From contig JADFKB010000003.1 in the NCBI GenBank assembly GCA_022565155.1, positions 2,801 through 66,800 on the forward strand: 64,000 nt of DNA. The letters run 5' to 3'. The notes under the pieces were generated by a model, which was not told the DNA's origin, did not search any database, and saw nothing but the letters and a program-made list of their open reading frames with translations. Positions 1 through 9,364 of this stretch are shown in pieces (position 1 is the first letter of the stretch; each line of letters starts with the position of its first letter). The DNA is from Chloroflexota bacterium. Its GTDB lineage: Bacteria; Chloroflexota; Dehalococcoidia; DSTF01; RBG-16-68-14. The position numbers and the translations under genes were made by a program.

Positions 1-762
1 GTCGACGCCGCCGTCCGTGATCTCGCGGACGCGCTTTACTAAGTCCTCGCGCTCGACATCGATCGTATGATGCGCGCCGAATTCGCGGGCGAGCTCCAGC
101 TTGTGCTCGTCGGCGCTGAGGCCGCTGACGATGATACAGTCCGCGCCGGCCTCGCGCGCGGCGATGACGCTGGCCAGCCCCCGCTGGCCGGGCCCGAGGA
201 TGAGGATGCTATCACCGATCTTCGTTCCGGGGATCTGCTGCGCCCAGCGGATGCCCGCGCCCAGCGGGTTGAAGAGCGTCGCGATCTCCGGCGCGATGTC
301 GTCCGAGAGCTTGTGCAGCATGGTGTGCGGGTCCAGGTGCATGTACTCGGCGAAGCCGCCCCAGAGGCCGGGCGGGGTATCTATGCTCTGGTAGCCGTAG
401 CCGCTCAGCCCGCGGCGGCCGCTGCAGAGCCGGTAGTTTCCGGACTGGCACGGGCGGCAGAAGCCGCAGGGCAGCAGCGTCTCGACGGCGACGCGGTCGC
501 CCGCCGCCACGCCCCAGCGCTGCGCAGCTACATCGCCGATCTCGGCGATCCTGCCGACCGGTTCGTGGCCGGGGATGAGCGGGTAGGGCAGGCCGGGCAT
601 CGCGCCCTGGTACTGCTCGTAGTCGGAGCCGCAGATGCCGCAGGCCTCCAGCCGCAGCAGCCCCGCGTCCGCTGCGATTTTCCCCGGCAGCGGCAGCTCG
701 CGCAGCTCCAAGCTCCGCTCTCCGGTCTGGACGATGGCGCGGGAAGTGGCAGGAAGGGACAT
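1..762 (-). CDS. Zn-dependent alcohol dehydrogenase (MDR) family oxidoreductase, N-terminal 254 codons; C-terminus lies beyond the window edge
   Basis: Own minus-strand translation from ATG at 762: MSLPATSRAIVQTG..EACGICGSDYEQY..GHEPVGRIAEIG..CGFCRPCQSGNYRLC..ILGPGQRGL. This gives catalytic and structural Zn Cys clusters and a Rossmann GxGxxG. Not in the ORF track because it runs off the edge. Confidence 0.8.
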   Translation of the reverse strand, partial: MSLPATSRAIVQTGERSLELRELPLPGKIAADAGLLRLEACGICGSDYEQYQGAMPGLPYPLIPGHEPVGRIAEIGDVAAQRWGVAAGDRVAVETLLPCGFCRPCQSGNYRLCSGRRGLSGYGYQSIDTPPGLWGGFAEYMHLDPHTMLHKLSDDIAPEIATLFNPLGAGIRWAQQIPGTKIGDSILILGPGQRGLASVIAAREAGADCIIVSGLSADEHKLELAREFGAHHTIDVEREDLVKRVREITDGGVD

Positions 763-771
763 CGTCACGAC

Positions 772-1926
772 CTAGCCCCGCGGCAGGCCGAGGCCGCGGC
801 TGGCGATGATGTTGCGCTGGATTTCGCTTGTGCCCGCCGCGACGGTGAGCGCGGACGCGGCGATGTAGAGCGTTTCGAAGCGGCCGGCCAGCGGCGCCCA
901 CGGCGAGCCCGGCGCGAGCTGGCCGCCCAGGCCGATGATGCGCACGCCGGCGTTGGCAAGCCGCTGCGCCAGCTCCGAGCCGTACATCTTGGAGACCGAC
1001 GCCTCGTAGTTCGGTACCAGGCCCTGGCTCTGCATCCAGGCGACGCGATACGACAGCAGCCGTCCGACCTCGAACTCGATCTTCAGGTCAGCGAGCTTGT
1101 GGCGGACGAGCGGATGCTCTGCCAACGGGCTGCCGTTGCGTTTGGTCTGGCGCGCGTAGTCTGCCAGCATGTCGTACGTGCGCATGCTGCCGATGACGCG
1201 CTGGATGCCGGAGCGCTCGAAATCGAGCGTTGTCGTGGCAATGTACCAGCCGCGGTTCATCTCGCCCAGCAGCGTGTCGCGGGAGACGCGCACGTCTTCA
1301 AAGAAGACCTCGTTGAACTGATGGCGGCCGAGCATGTCGACCAGCGGCCGGACGGTGATGCCTGGCGTGTCCATATCGACGAGGAAGTAGGAGATGCCGC
1401 GGTGCTTCGGCGCGTCCGGGTCGGTGCGGGCGAGGAGGATGATCGCGTCGGCTTTATGCGCGAAGCTGGTCCAGATCTTCGAGCCGTTGATCACGAACTC
1501 GTCGCCGTCCTCTACAGCGCGCATTTCGAGCGAGGCGAGGTCGGAGCCGGCGCCCGGTTCGGAGAAGCCCTGGCACCAGACGGCCTCGCCGGCGATGATC
1601 GGCGGCAGGTAGCGCCGCTTCTGCTCCTCCGTGCCGTAGAGCATGATCGTCGGCCCGACGCGGTCGCTGCCGATGTCGTTCGCCGGGGCTTCCTGGTAGG
1701 CGACGGCTTCGTTGTAGGCGAGCTGCATCATGTGGCTGGCGCCCTGGCCGCCCCACTCCTTCGGCCAGGCAAGCGTTAGCCAGCCCTTCGCCGCCAGCTT
1801 CTTGATGAAGGCGCGGCGAACTTCCCAGGCGTCTTCGCCCTCCGCCGGCTCCCGCAGCTCCTGCTTGAGGAACGCGCGCACCTCCTGGCGGAACGCCTCC
1901 TCCTCCGGGCTGTAGGCAAAATCCAT
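772..1926 (-). CDS. acyl-CoA dehydrogenase family protein
   Basis: 384-aa ORF with an ACAD-like layout (MDFAYSPEEEAFRQEVRAFL.., WCQGFSEPGAGSDLASL, C-terminal GTSEIQRNIIA). Confidence 0.9.
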   Translation of the reverse strand: MDFAYSPEEEAFRQEVRAFLKQELREPAEGEDAWEVRRAFIKKLAAKGWLTLAWPKEWGGQGASHMMQLAYNEAVAYQEAPANDIGSDRVGPTIMLYGTEEQKRRYLPPIIAGEAVWCQGFSEPGAGSDLASLEMRAVEDGDEFVINGSKIWTSFAHKADAIILLARTDPDAPKHRGISYFLVDMDTPGITVRPLVDMLGRHQFNEVFFEDVRVSRDTLLGEMNRGWYIATTTLDFERSGIQRVIGSMRTYDMLADYARQTKRNGSPLAEHPLVRHKLADLKIEFEVGRLLSYRVAWMQSQGLVPNYEASVSKMYGSELAQRLANAGVRIIGLGGQLAPGSPWAPLAGRFETLYIAASALTVAAGTSEIQRNIIASRGLGLPRG

Positions 1927-1966
1927 CGCTCTCCTCTAGCGGCGGCAGGGCAGCGGTATCGCCTGG

Positions 1967-2941
1967 TTACGCCGTTGTCGAGATCTGGGTCAGCTCTCGC
2001 AGCGTCTCTTCCGCCTCCCGCACGATGTCGGCGAAGACCTCGGCGGCGGGCTTCACTTCGTGGATCAGGCCCGCGCCCTGGCCTGCGGGCAGGAACGTGC
2101 GGTTCGGGTCGAAGCGGTCGCCACGGCCCATGTAGTCCATGACGCCCTCACGTGCCGACACGCCGGCCTGCATTGGGAAGTCCTGAATTTCGTTTGCTTT
2201 CGCTTCCCACTCGTCCGTGCGCGCGTTGCGGATGGAGCGGGCCGGCTTGCCGGTGTACGAGCGTGTGCGCACCGTCGAATCGTCGCCGGCGGCGACGAGC
2301 GCCTCACGATAGCCGTCGGCGGCTTGGGCTTCCGGCGTGGCGATGAAGCGGGTGCCGAAGATCGCGCCCTGCGCCCCCAGCGCCAGCGAGGCGATCAGCC
2401 CGCGGCCGCCGGTCAGGCCGCCGGCGGCGAGCACCGGAATATCGACCGCTTCCACCACCTGCGGGACGAGCGCCATGCCGCCGATCTCGCCGGTGTGGCC
2501 TCCCGCCTCGGTGCCCTGTGCGGCGACGACGTCCGCGCCGGCCGCCTCCGATTTCTGGGCATGACGCACCTTGCCGCACATGACGACGACGAGCATGCCG
2601 CGCTCGTGCATCTCATCGATGAACTCGGCGGGAACGGCGAGCCCGGCGACGAAGATGCGGATGTCCTCCTCGAAGACGATTTCGATCTGGGGCCGGATCA
2701 TATCGGGGATCGGCGCCAGCAGATCGACGGCGAACGGCTTGTCCGTCAGGTCGCGCGTCTGGTGAATCTGATCCCGCAGCATCGCGGCGTCCATCGTCGC
2801 GCCGCCGATGATGCCCAGGCCTCCAGCGTTCGAGACGGCGGCGACGACGGGCGCGGTCGAGACGCCGCCCATGCCCGCCAGGAAGATCGGGTACTCGATG
2901 TCGAAGAGATCGCAGATCGGTGTGTGTAGTGGGCTCCCCAT
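1967..2941 (-). CDS. nitronate monooxygenase / FabK-like FMN-dependent oxidoreductase (NMO family)
   Basis: 324-aa ORF. It starts ..IEYPIFLAGMGGVSTAPVVAAVSNAGGLGIIGG and contains ..VLAAGGLTGGRG, typical of 2-nitropropane dioxygenase/NMO TIM-barrel proteins. Confidence 0.85.
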   Translation of the reverse strand: MGSPLHTPICDLFDIEYPIFLAGMGGVSTAPVVAAVSNAGGLGIIGGATMDAAMLRDQIHQTRDLTDKPFAVDLLAPIPDMIRPQIEIVFEEDIRIFVAGLAVPAEFIDEMHERGMLVVVMCGKVRHAQKSEAAGADVVAAQGTEAGGHTGEIGGMALVPQVVEAVDIPVLAAGGLTGGRGLIASLALGAQGAIFGTRFIATPEAQAADGYREALVAAGDDSTVRTRSYTGKPARSIRNARTDEWEAKANEIQDFPMQAGVSAREGVMDYMGRGDRFDPNRTFLPAGQGAGLIHEVKPAAEVFADIVREAEETLRELTQISTTA

Positions 2942-3018
2942 GCAGTCCCCCTCGAATTGTCACCGTGCAGCACCACCCCGGGCGTCACACGTTCGCTTTC
3001 GCTTAAGTAGGCTTGCAA

Positions 3019-3047
3019 ATGGTAGACAAGGCCCAAAACCTTGTCAA
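3019..3047 (-). promoter_or_regulatory. sigma-70-type promoter for the NMO/ACAD/ADH operon, overlapped by an inverted repeat
   Basis: Minus strand reads TTGACA (3047..3042), a 17-nt spacer, then TACCAT (3024..3019). The palindrome GACAAGG-N7-CCTTGTC (3025..3045) overlaps the -35 and spacer and could be an operator. Confidence 0.5.
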
Positions 3048-3091
3048 GAGAAGTCAGATTCGGGTAGTGGTTGTCGGCAGTTGCTGAGCGT

Positions 3092-3170
3092 CTACCCATC
3101 GGCTGCTCTACGCAGACGATAAAGCAGTCCGCGCCGGGGAGTCGGCTTTCATAGTTCGCTTCTGGGGCGG
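3092..3170 (-). repeat. degenerate copy of the 3' end of the LarA-like gene (direct repeat of about 4653..4735)
   Basis: 3092..3152 aligns with 4653..4715 (ctaccc(c)atcggctgctcNacgcagacgataNaNcagtccgcgccg..). The minus-strand reading GADCFIVCVEQPMG matches the LarA-like C-terminus GADCSIVCVEQPMG*. Confidence 0.7.
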
Positions 3171-3312
3171 GGACTCGGCCAACCTGTTCGACGACTGATA
3201 CTCGCGTACCGTTGGGTAGTGGGGTGTGTGATCTGCACAGTCGCCAGTCAGATTCGCCTATGCCCTTCCAACCGCTATACTGGCGGCGCGTCTAACAGCG
3301 GGAGGATCCCAA

Positions 3313-4647
3313 ATGGAACCACAGATCCGCTTCTGTACGAGCGCTGACGGCACCCGCATCTCCTACGCCGTCTACGGCGATGAGCGGGCGACGCCGCTTG
3401 TGCAGGTCAACTCGTGGCTCTCCGCTCATGAGCTCATCTGGGGAGAAAGAAACTTTCAGTCTTATATCGAGAGCCTGGCTCAGGGCCGGCGGGTGATCAG
3501 TATCGACCGACGTGGCGTGGGCGCTTCAGCGCGCGACGTCGACGATCTGTCGATGGACGCCCACGTCTGTGATCTGGCGGCCGTCGTTGATCACCTCAGC
3601 CTGGAGCAGTTCGATCTAGCGGGATGGCTTGATGGCGCTGCGGTCGGTGTTGCCTACGCCGCCCAATACCCGGAACGGCTGGCACGGCTCGTGCTCCGTT
3701 CGGTGTATCCCCGAGGTGAAGACGGGTGGAGCCCGAAGTTCGTCCACAGCTTGCTAGAGCTTATCGACACGAATTGGTCGCTGGCCCGAAGGATGATGAC
3801 TGACATTGTCTATGCTAAAGCGCCTGACGAGCGCAGGCGCGCGCAGGCAACCGCCCTCCGCAACGCGGTATCACCCGCAATTGCTGCGAAGTACGTCGAT
3901 TTCATGACCGGGTTCGATATTAGGCCCTTCCTCCCCAGAGTCCAGGCGCCGACTCTTGTCTCGCACCCACATGGCTTTGGCGCTGCGGTCATCGCTGCTT
4001 GTCGGGAAGTGGCCACCCAGATTCCGGACGCCCGCTTCGTCGTTTCTGAAGGTGGCGGTCCCTTAGCCGACCACGGAGAGACAGCGCGACTGGTCAGGCA
4101 GTTTCTGGATGAAGGACGCGAGGCCCCAACCAGGGACGCTGTTCCATCGCAAGGCACCGCGGTCATCCTCTTCATCGACATCGCGGATTCCACCGCGCTA
4201 ACATCACGGCTGGGCGACGCGCCCTATCGGGAGAAGGAGCGGGAGCTAGACACCGCCCTGCGGGCTGCCATCACCGGCGCAGCCGGCACTCCGATCGAAG
4301 GCAAGGTGCTGGGCGATGGCGTCATGGCCGTGTTCACGTCGGCTCGGCAGGCGCTAGATTGCGCGCTGCGCTGCCGCACGCTCGGCAGCGAGGCCGGTCT
4401 GCCGCTCCACCTCGGCATCCACGCCGGCGATGTCGTGCGTGAGGGCGACAACGTCCATGGCGGCGCTGTCCAACTGGCGGCACGGATCGCCGGTGCGTCG
4501 GAGCCGGGTGAGATTCTCGTGTCGGACACGCTACGCGGCCTCGCCCGCACGTCGACTGATGTCGTGTTCGAAGATCGAGGCGAGCACGAGCTGAAGGGCA
4601 TTCCGGAGCCGCAGCGATTGTTCGCGGTGCGGGAACAGGAAGCCTAA
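3313..4647 (+). CDS. alpha/beta-hydrolase-fold domain fused to a class III adenylate/guanylate cyclase domain (LipJ/Rv1900c-like architecture)
   Basis: The N-terminal half is alpha/beta-hydrolase-like (..RISYAVYGD..VISIDRRGVGAS..). The C-terminal half has cyclase motifs (AVILFIDIADSTAL, GDGVMAVF, LHLGIHAGDVV..GDNVHGGAVQLAARI, EHELKGIPEPQRLFAV). Confidence 0.85.
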   Translation: MEPQIRFCTSADGTRISYAVYGDERATPLVQVNSWLSAHELIWGERNFQSYIESLAQGRRVISIDRRGVGASARDVDDLSMDAHVCDLAAVVDHLSLEQFDLAGWLDGAAVGVAYAAQYPERLARLVLRSVYPRGEDGWSPKFVHSLLELIDTNWSLARRMMTDIVYAKAPDERRRAQATALRNAVSPAIAAKYVDFMTGFDIRPFLPRVQAPTLVSHPHGFGAAVIAACREVATQIPDARFVVSEGGGPLADHGETARLVRQFLDEGREAPTRDAVPSQGTAVILFIDIADSTALTSRLGDAPYREKERELDTALRAAITGAAGTPIEGKVLGDGVMAVFTSARQALDCALRCRTLGSEAGLPLHLGIHAGDVVREGDNVHGGAVQLAARIAGASEPGEILVSDTLRGLARTSTDVVFEDRGEHELKGIPEPQRLFAVREQEA

Positions 4648-4652
4648 CCGCC

Positions 4653-6065
4653 CTACCCCATCGGCTGCTCGACGCAGACGATAGAACAGTCCGCGCCGTG
4701 GATCGCTTCGGCTTCGATGATCGCTTCTTCAACCGTCGGCATCGAGATGAAGCCGACGCGTTCCGGCACCGCGGCGTCCTCCGCGCCGGCGACGAAGACG
4801 CGCGCGGCGTGCTGTAGCCGCTTCAGCGGGTGCGTCGCCAGGATCGCGTGGACGGGGTGGAAGGCGACGCCGTCGCGGTAGCGGTCGATGTAGCCGCTGT
4901 GCGTGGCGAACTCCTCGCCGAAACGCTCCGTGATCTCGTACGGGTCGCGCGTCTCCGGCAGCACGCGCTCCCAGACCTCCTCGTAGGAGGGATGGTGCTC
5001 CCGGTCCCACTCCTCCGGGCAGGGCGTGGCGATGATCACGGAGCAGCCAGGCTTACCCAGCGCCTGGATGTAGCCGCCCATGTATCCCATCGCCGAGGAG
5101 ATCAGCGTCAGGATCGGGTTCATGCCAGCGAAGATCGCGTAGGGGCTCCAGTTCGGCACGCCGTAGATCACCACGTCGGCCGGCTCGACTTTTTGGTCGC
5201 GGCGCGGCGGGTGGCGCTGCTCCAGCACCTCCTGCGCGGCCGCGCGCGTCTCCGTGACGCCGCCGGCCCAGATGTGGCCGATCGTCGTCGCGTTGGCTAA
5301 TATCGTTTCGATCTTGAAGATGCGCTTGCCCAGCTTCTCTTCCAGGAACGCACCCTGCTCGTTGAAGACCTCATGCATGCGATTGTTGCGCACGGACATC
5401 GACATGCCGTCCGGCGTGTGCGTCCAGCGAATCGAGTTCCAGGTCGAGAGGCCGACGGCGACCGACTTCCAGCCGCCTCCGAACCCTAAGTGGCAGGCGG
5501 CGTTGACGTAGACTGTCAGGTCGCTCTCCGCGACCAGCCGGTGGATGTCGACGTTGTAGCCGCTGGCGGTCGTGCCGACGTTGACGATGTTCTCCGCGTC
5601 CTCCGCGTCGTGGCAGAAGAGGCGGGAGCCGAAGCGCTTGACTAGGCCGTCGCCGATGATCGACGCCAGCTCCTCTTTCGTGAACTTGCGGTGGAGCGCG
5701 TTGGCGCAGAGCAGCGTGACGTTCTCCTCCGCCACGCCCGCCGCGCGCAGCTCGGCCAGCACCGCCTCGATGGCGAGGCGGCGTACGGGCCCCGGTGACG
5801 TCACGGTCGGGTCGTCGAAGGCGATGAGCGCGCGGCCGTTATGCGGCACCAGGTCGCGGATCGGCGGCAGTCCGAGCGGCTGCGCGATCGCGTCGCGGAC
5901 GGCCGCCGCCTGGTCGGCGACAGGCTCGACGCGGGTGCCACGGCCGCCGCCGCCGCGAATCACGTTCGCGCGGTCGGGCAGCTTCACCTGGACGCTGCCA
6001 GCGCCGAATGCCAATGTCTGTTCGATCACGGCGTCCTCCCTATCGTGATGATGGCGCGGCGCCAT
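4653..6065 (-). CDS. lactate racemase (LarA)-like domain protein (DUF2088 family)
   Basis: 470-aa ORF. The segment ..ALIAFDDPTVTSPGP..LLCANALHRKFTKEELASIIG resembles the LarA N-terminal domain pattern. The family assignment comes from memory of that motif only. Confidence 0.55.
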   Translation of the reverse strand: MAPRHHHDREDAVIEQTLAFGAGSVQVKLPDRANVIRGGGGRGTRVEPVADQAAAVRDAIAQPLGLPPIRDLVPHNGRALIAFDDPTVTSPGPVRRLAIEAVLAELRAAGVAEENVTLLCANALHRKFTKEELASIIGDGLVKRFGSRLFCHDAEDAENIVNVGTTASGYNVDIHRLVAESDLTVYVNAACHLGFGGGWKSVAVGLSTWNSIRWTHTPDGMSMSVRNNRMHEVFNEQGAFLEEKLGKRIFKIETILANATTIGHIWAGGVTETRAAAQEVLEQRHPPRRDQKVEPADVVIYGVPNWSPYAIFAGMNPILTLISSAMGYMGGYIQALGKPGCSVIIATPCPEEWDREHHPSYEEVWERVLPETRDPYEITERFGEEFATHSGYIDRYRDGVAFHPVHAILATHPLKRLQHAARVFVAGAEDAAVPERVGFISMPTVEEAIIEAEAIHGADCSIVCVEQPMG

Positions 6066-6312
6066 TGTACTCGGCTACGCATGCCGATTCAAGATCGCCG
6101 GCTTTGCTATACTAGTGGCCGGCCTGTTGTAGGCGTCCTGGCTGGCTGCCGATAATCCACTAGTGTATGGGATCCCGCACCTATGATCGGGTTGCGTAGT
6201 AATGGTATCGAACAAGAGTGGGGAAGAGCAGGTGCGCTCGGGCTCGCGCGAGCGGCGTGATTCCGTTGGCCGGTTGATCCTGCGCGCAGCCAGCCAGTTC
6301 TTTGGGGGAGAC

Positions 6313-7047
6313 ATGGTGACGACTTCAGAACCTCAGCGACAGAGCGAGAGCTCCAACGGCCCGGCCGGCGCCGCGGCGAAGCGCTCAGCGGCGGAAGCGG
6401 CCGAGAAGCTGGAGCGCACGTTGTCGCATTTCGAAACGATGCTGCAGGCGCTGGAGGGCCAGCTACAAAGCGGCTCGCCGCCCGCTGCGGCCGTAGAGGT
6501 ACACTCTGTCGAGCCGGCCGGCTTGAATGACGGGATGGAGCGCTTCTTCGAGCGGCTGGATAGCGCGATCGAACGCCTCAACGGCCAGGCCGCGCGCCTC
6601 TCCGACGGCGCGTCGGACCTGGCGCTCGTCGCCGGGCGCGTCGAGGCGATGCTAAGCGACCTGACGCGTACGTTGGGCCGTGCAAGCAGGCTGGAGGAGA
6701 CGCGGGCCTCGCCGGCGACGGAGCCCCTCGCGCCGGCGGAGCCGCAGTTCCAGCCGGGCGATGAAGCAGTCGGCGTCGTCCTCGCCGCCGTGCCGGGGTT
6801 CCAGGGGCTGATGGACGCCCAGCGCGCCCTGAGCAAGATGCCGGAGGCGGAAGGCGCGTCCGTCGTCGCCTATAAGAACGGCGAGGCCTCTCTGGAGCTG
6901 GTGCTGCGTGAGCCGGTGACCGCCAGTCGCGTCGTCGAGGCGCTGAGCGAATCGACAAACCAACCGCTGCTGATCGAAGATTCGCGGCCGGAGGCGCTGC
7001 GGCTCCGATTGCGCTTCGTCGAGCACGAGGGCGGCGCTAGCGCGTGA
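6313..7047 (+). CDS. hypothetical protein (Ala/Glu-rich, coiled-coil-like N-terminal half)
   Basis: The ORF track gives 6202..7047. I prefer the ATG at 6313, which is preceded by GGGGGAG. I recognise no family. Confidence 0.45.
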   Translation: MVTTSEPQRQSESSNGPAGAAAKRSAAEAAEKLERTLSHFETMLQALEGQLQSGSPPAAAVEVHSVEPAGLNDGMERFFERLDSAIERLNGQAARLSDGASDLALVAGRVEAMLSDLTRTLGRASRLEETRASPATEPLAPAEPQFQPGDEAVGVVLAAVPGFQGLMDAQRALSKMPEAEGASVVAYKNGEASLELVLREPVTASRVVEALSESTNQPLLIEDSRPEALRLRLRFVEHEGGASA

Positions 7048-7090
7048 GCAGGCCGCAACCCCGGCCGCTCGGCAAGGATGGCCGTTCGGT

Positions 7091-8248
7091 ATGTGGATCC
7101 AGCGGCTAACCCTCTCCAACTTCCGCAACTACCGCGCGCAAGAGTTGACGCTGGCCAAGGGGCCGTCGCTGCTGCTGGGTGGTAACGCCCAGGGCAAGAG
7201 CAACCTGCTGGAGGCGGCCTTCCTCCTCGCCACCACGCGCTCTTCGCGCGCCCAAACAGAGGGCGAGCTGATCCACTGGGATGCCCTCAGCGACCCACAG
7301 CCCGTCGCCCGCGTCGCGGCCCAGATCGAACGCCGGGATGGCCCGCTCGAAATCGAAGTGATCATCGCCGGCCGACCGCAAGGAACGGAGCGCGCCCGCG
7401 TGCCGGCGTCCAAGCGGTTGCGCGTGAACGGCGTGCCCCGGCGCCAGGCGGATGTCGTCGGCCAGCTTACCGCCGTGCTATTCAGCACCGACGATATGGA
7501 GTTGATCAGCGGTGCGCCATCCGAGCGCCGCCGCTACCTGGATGTGATGCTGTCCCAGCTTCAGCCGGCCTACATGGTCGCGCTCCAGCGCTACGGCAAG
7601 GTGGTGAGCCAGCGCAACGCGCTGCTGCACCGCATCCAGTCCGGCGAGGCGGCCCCGGACGAGCTCGATTTCTGGGACGGGGAGCTGGCCGGCCACGGCG
7701 CGACGCTCGTCGGCGAGCGGGCGCAAGCAGTCGAGGCGCTGGCCGGCCACGCGCGCAAGGCGCATCGCCAGTTGAGCGCCAACACGGAAGAGTTGGCGAT
7801 CTCCTACTCACCGCGTTTAGAGGGCTGGACCGGCGGCGGTACAGATGAACTTGTGGCGGCGCTCCGTGAAGCGCTCGCGTCCGGACGCCAGCGCGATATC
7901 GGCGCCGGCGTCACGCTGACCGGGCCGCACCGTGATGACCTCATCATCTTGCTGAACGGTGTCGCCGCAGCATCATTCGCCTCGCGCGGGCAGGAGCGGA
8001 CGGCGGCGCTGGCGCTGCGGCTGGCGGAGGCGCGCTACATGGCCGATAGCAAGGACGATCTGCCCGTAGTCCTGCTGGACGATGTTCTGTCGGAGCTGGA
8101 CAAAGATCGCCGGCGGGCAGTCCTCTCGTCGCTGGGGGAGTGGGATCAGATTCTGATCACCTCGGCGGACGGCGACCGCTTCGACGAAGGTCTGCCCGGA
8201 TCGGCAGCCGTCTTTCGCGTTGAGGCCGGCACGATCCAGCCGGCGTGA
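7091..8248 (+). CDS. recF: DNA replication and repair protein RecF
   Basis: MWIQRLTLSNFRNYRAQEL..LLLGGNAQGKSNLLEA (Walker A) and LLDDVLSELD (Walker B/signature region). Confidence 0.95.
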   Translation: MWIQRLTLSNFRNYRAQELTLAKGPSLLLGGNAQGKSNLLEAAFLLATTRSSRAQTEGELIHWDALSDPQPVARVAAQIERRDGPLEIEVIIAGRPQGTERARVPASKRLRVNGVPRRQADVVGQLTAVLFSTDDMELISGAPSERRRYLDVMLSQLQPAYMVALQRYGKVVSQRNALLHRIQSGEAAPDELDFWDGELAGHGATLVGERAQAVEALAGHARKAHRQLSANTEELAISYSPRLEGWTGGGTDELVAALREALASGRQRDIGAGVTLTGPHRDDLIILLNGVAAASFASRGQERTAALALRLAEARYMADSKDDLPVVLLDDVLSELDKDRRRAVLSSLGEWDQILITSADGDRFDEGLPGSAAVFRVEAGTIQPA

Positions 8249-8260
8249 CGCTCGCGCCGC

Positions 8261-9205
8261 TTACGGCTCTTCGCGTGCGTCTGAAGTAAACAACGGACTG
8301 TTCAGTTCCGCCGGCACGATCACCTGCAGCGCCCGGGGCGCGACCTCGATGCGTATCGGCGTCTCCGTTAGGTACTCACCGTCCACCTGCACCGGCAGCC
8401 CAGCCGTCCGCACCTCCAGCGATTCGACCGGCCGGTACCGCACGTGTGCTCGCTGGTGGTGGCGGCGCAGCAGCACCCACGGCAGCAGCCAGGCGATGCG
8501 CGGCAGGCCGCCCTGTTCCAGCAAACAGAAGTCCAGCCGTCCGTCGTCCGCCGCCGCTTGATGCGTCAGGCTGACCAGGCCGGCGTAGCTGCGCGTGTTG
8601 CCCACCAGCAGCCAGTAGAGTGAGGCGGACAGCGGCGCGCCGTCCACCAGCAATTCCACCGCGACCGCCCGGTGGCTGAAGACGCTGCGCGCGCCCTGCA
8701 ACAGATACGCCGCCGCGCCCAGCCTGCGCTTCAGCGCGCCGGACGCCTGGCGTACTATCGACGCGTCGAAGCCGATGCCGGCCATCAGCAGGAAGTACCG
8801 TTCGCTTTCGCCGTCCGCGCCACCACCATACACGGCCCGGCCGAGATCAACGACGCGCCGCTCGCCGGTCGAGAGCAGGCGGACGGCGTCGGCGGGCTTT
8901 CGCGGCAGTTTGATTTCTTTCGACCAGACGTTGGCCGTCCCACCGCGCACGACGGCCATGGCCGTCTGCGAGCCGGCCAGACCGTTCGCCACCTCGTTCA
9001 CCGTGCCGTCGCCGCCGCACGCAACGACGGCGTCCATTCCATTAGCAGCGGCGTCGCGGGCGAGTTCGATCGCGTGGCCGGCCGATTCGGTCTGTGATAT
9101 CGTGGCCTCCCAGCCGTCGAGAGCGTCGATGCCCTCGCGAAGCCATTCGCGCGGCGGCGCGCCGCGGGCGGTAGGGTTCAGAATCAGCAGAGCTCTCTTC
9201 ACCAC
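8261..9205 (-). CDS. diacylglycerol kinase family lipid kinase (YegS/DagK-like)
   Basis: LILNPTARG.., ..VVACGGDGTVNEV.. and a C-terminal DAGK accessory region. Confidence 0.85.
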   Translation of the reverse strand: MVKRALLILNPTARGAPPREWLREGIDALDGWEATISQTESAGHAIELARDAAANGMDAVVACGGDGTVNEVANGLAGSQTAMAVVRGGTANVWSKEIKLPRKPADAVRLLSTGERRVVDLGRAVYGGGADGESERYFLLMAGIGFDASIVRQASGALKRRLGAAAYLLQGARSVFSHRAVAVELLVDGAPLSASLYWLLVGNTRSYAGLVSLTHQAAADDGRLDFCLLEQGGLPRIAWLLPWVLLRRHHQRAHVRYRPVESLEVRTAGLPVQVDGEYLTETPIRIEVAPRALQVIVPAELNSPLFTSDAREEP

Positions 9206-9266
9206 GGTGGTATAGTAGTCTCTGCTCGCTACGGCGTCGAGGTACGGCGCAACGTGAAGCTAGCTA

Positions 9267-9295
9267 TTGACAGGCTGTACTGTCTGCGATAGAAT
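9267..9295 (+). promoter_or_regulatory. sigma-70-type promoter of the sulfate assimilation operon
   Basis: TTGACA (9267..9272), 17 nt, then TAGAAT (9290..9295), about 70 nt upstream of the sir ATG. The SD AAAGGAGG lies at 9351..9358. Confidence 0.55.
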
Positions 9296-9364
9296 AGCTA
9301 TAGTTGAGAAAGTAAGTCAGGTTTATGTTCTTTCCGTCTATGACTGACTGAAAGGAGGACTGAC

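Noticed and set aside
67-1779. 570-aa plus-strand ORF, along with many other long ORFs such as 9377..10915(-), 16813..17838(-), 36970..37995(-), 40607..42094(-), 42315..43244(-) and 54047..57592(-, 1181 aa)
   Set aside because: All lie antisense to or out of frame with genes that have clear family signatures (ACAD/ADH, sir, E1, cytochrome c fusion, tuf, nusG, ppdK). Their translations are Arg/Ala/Gly/Pro-rich low-complexity strings, typical of stop-codon-poor shadow frames in GC-rich DNA.
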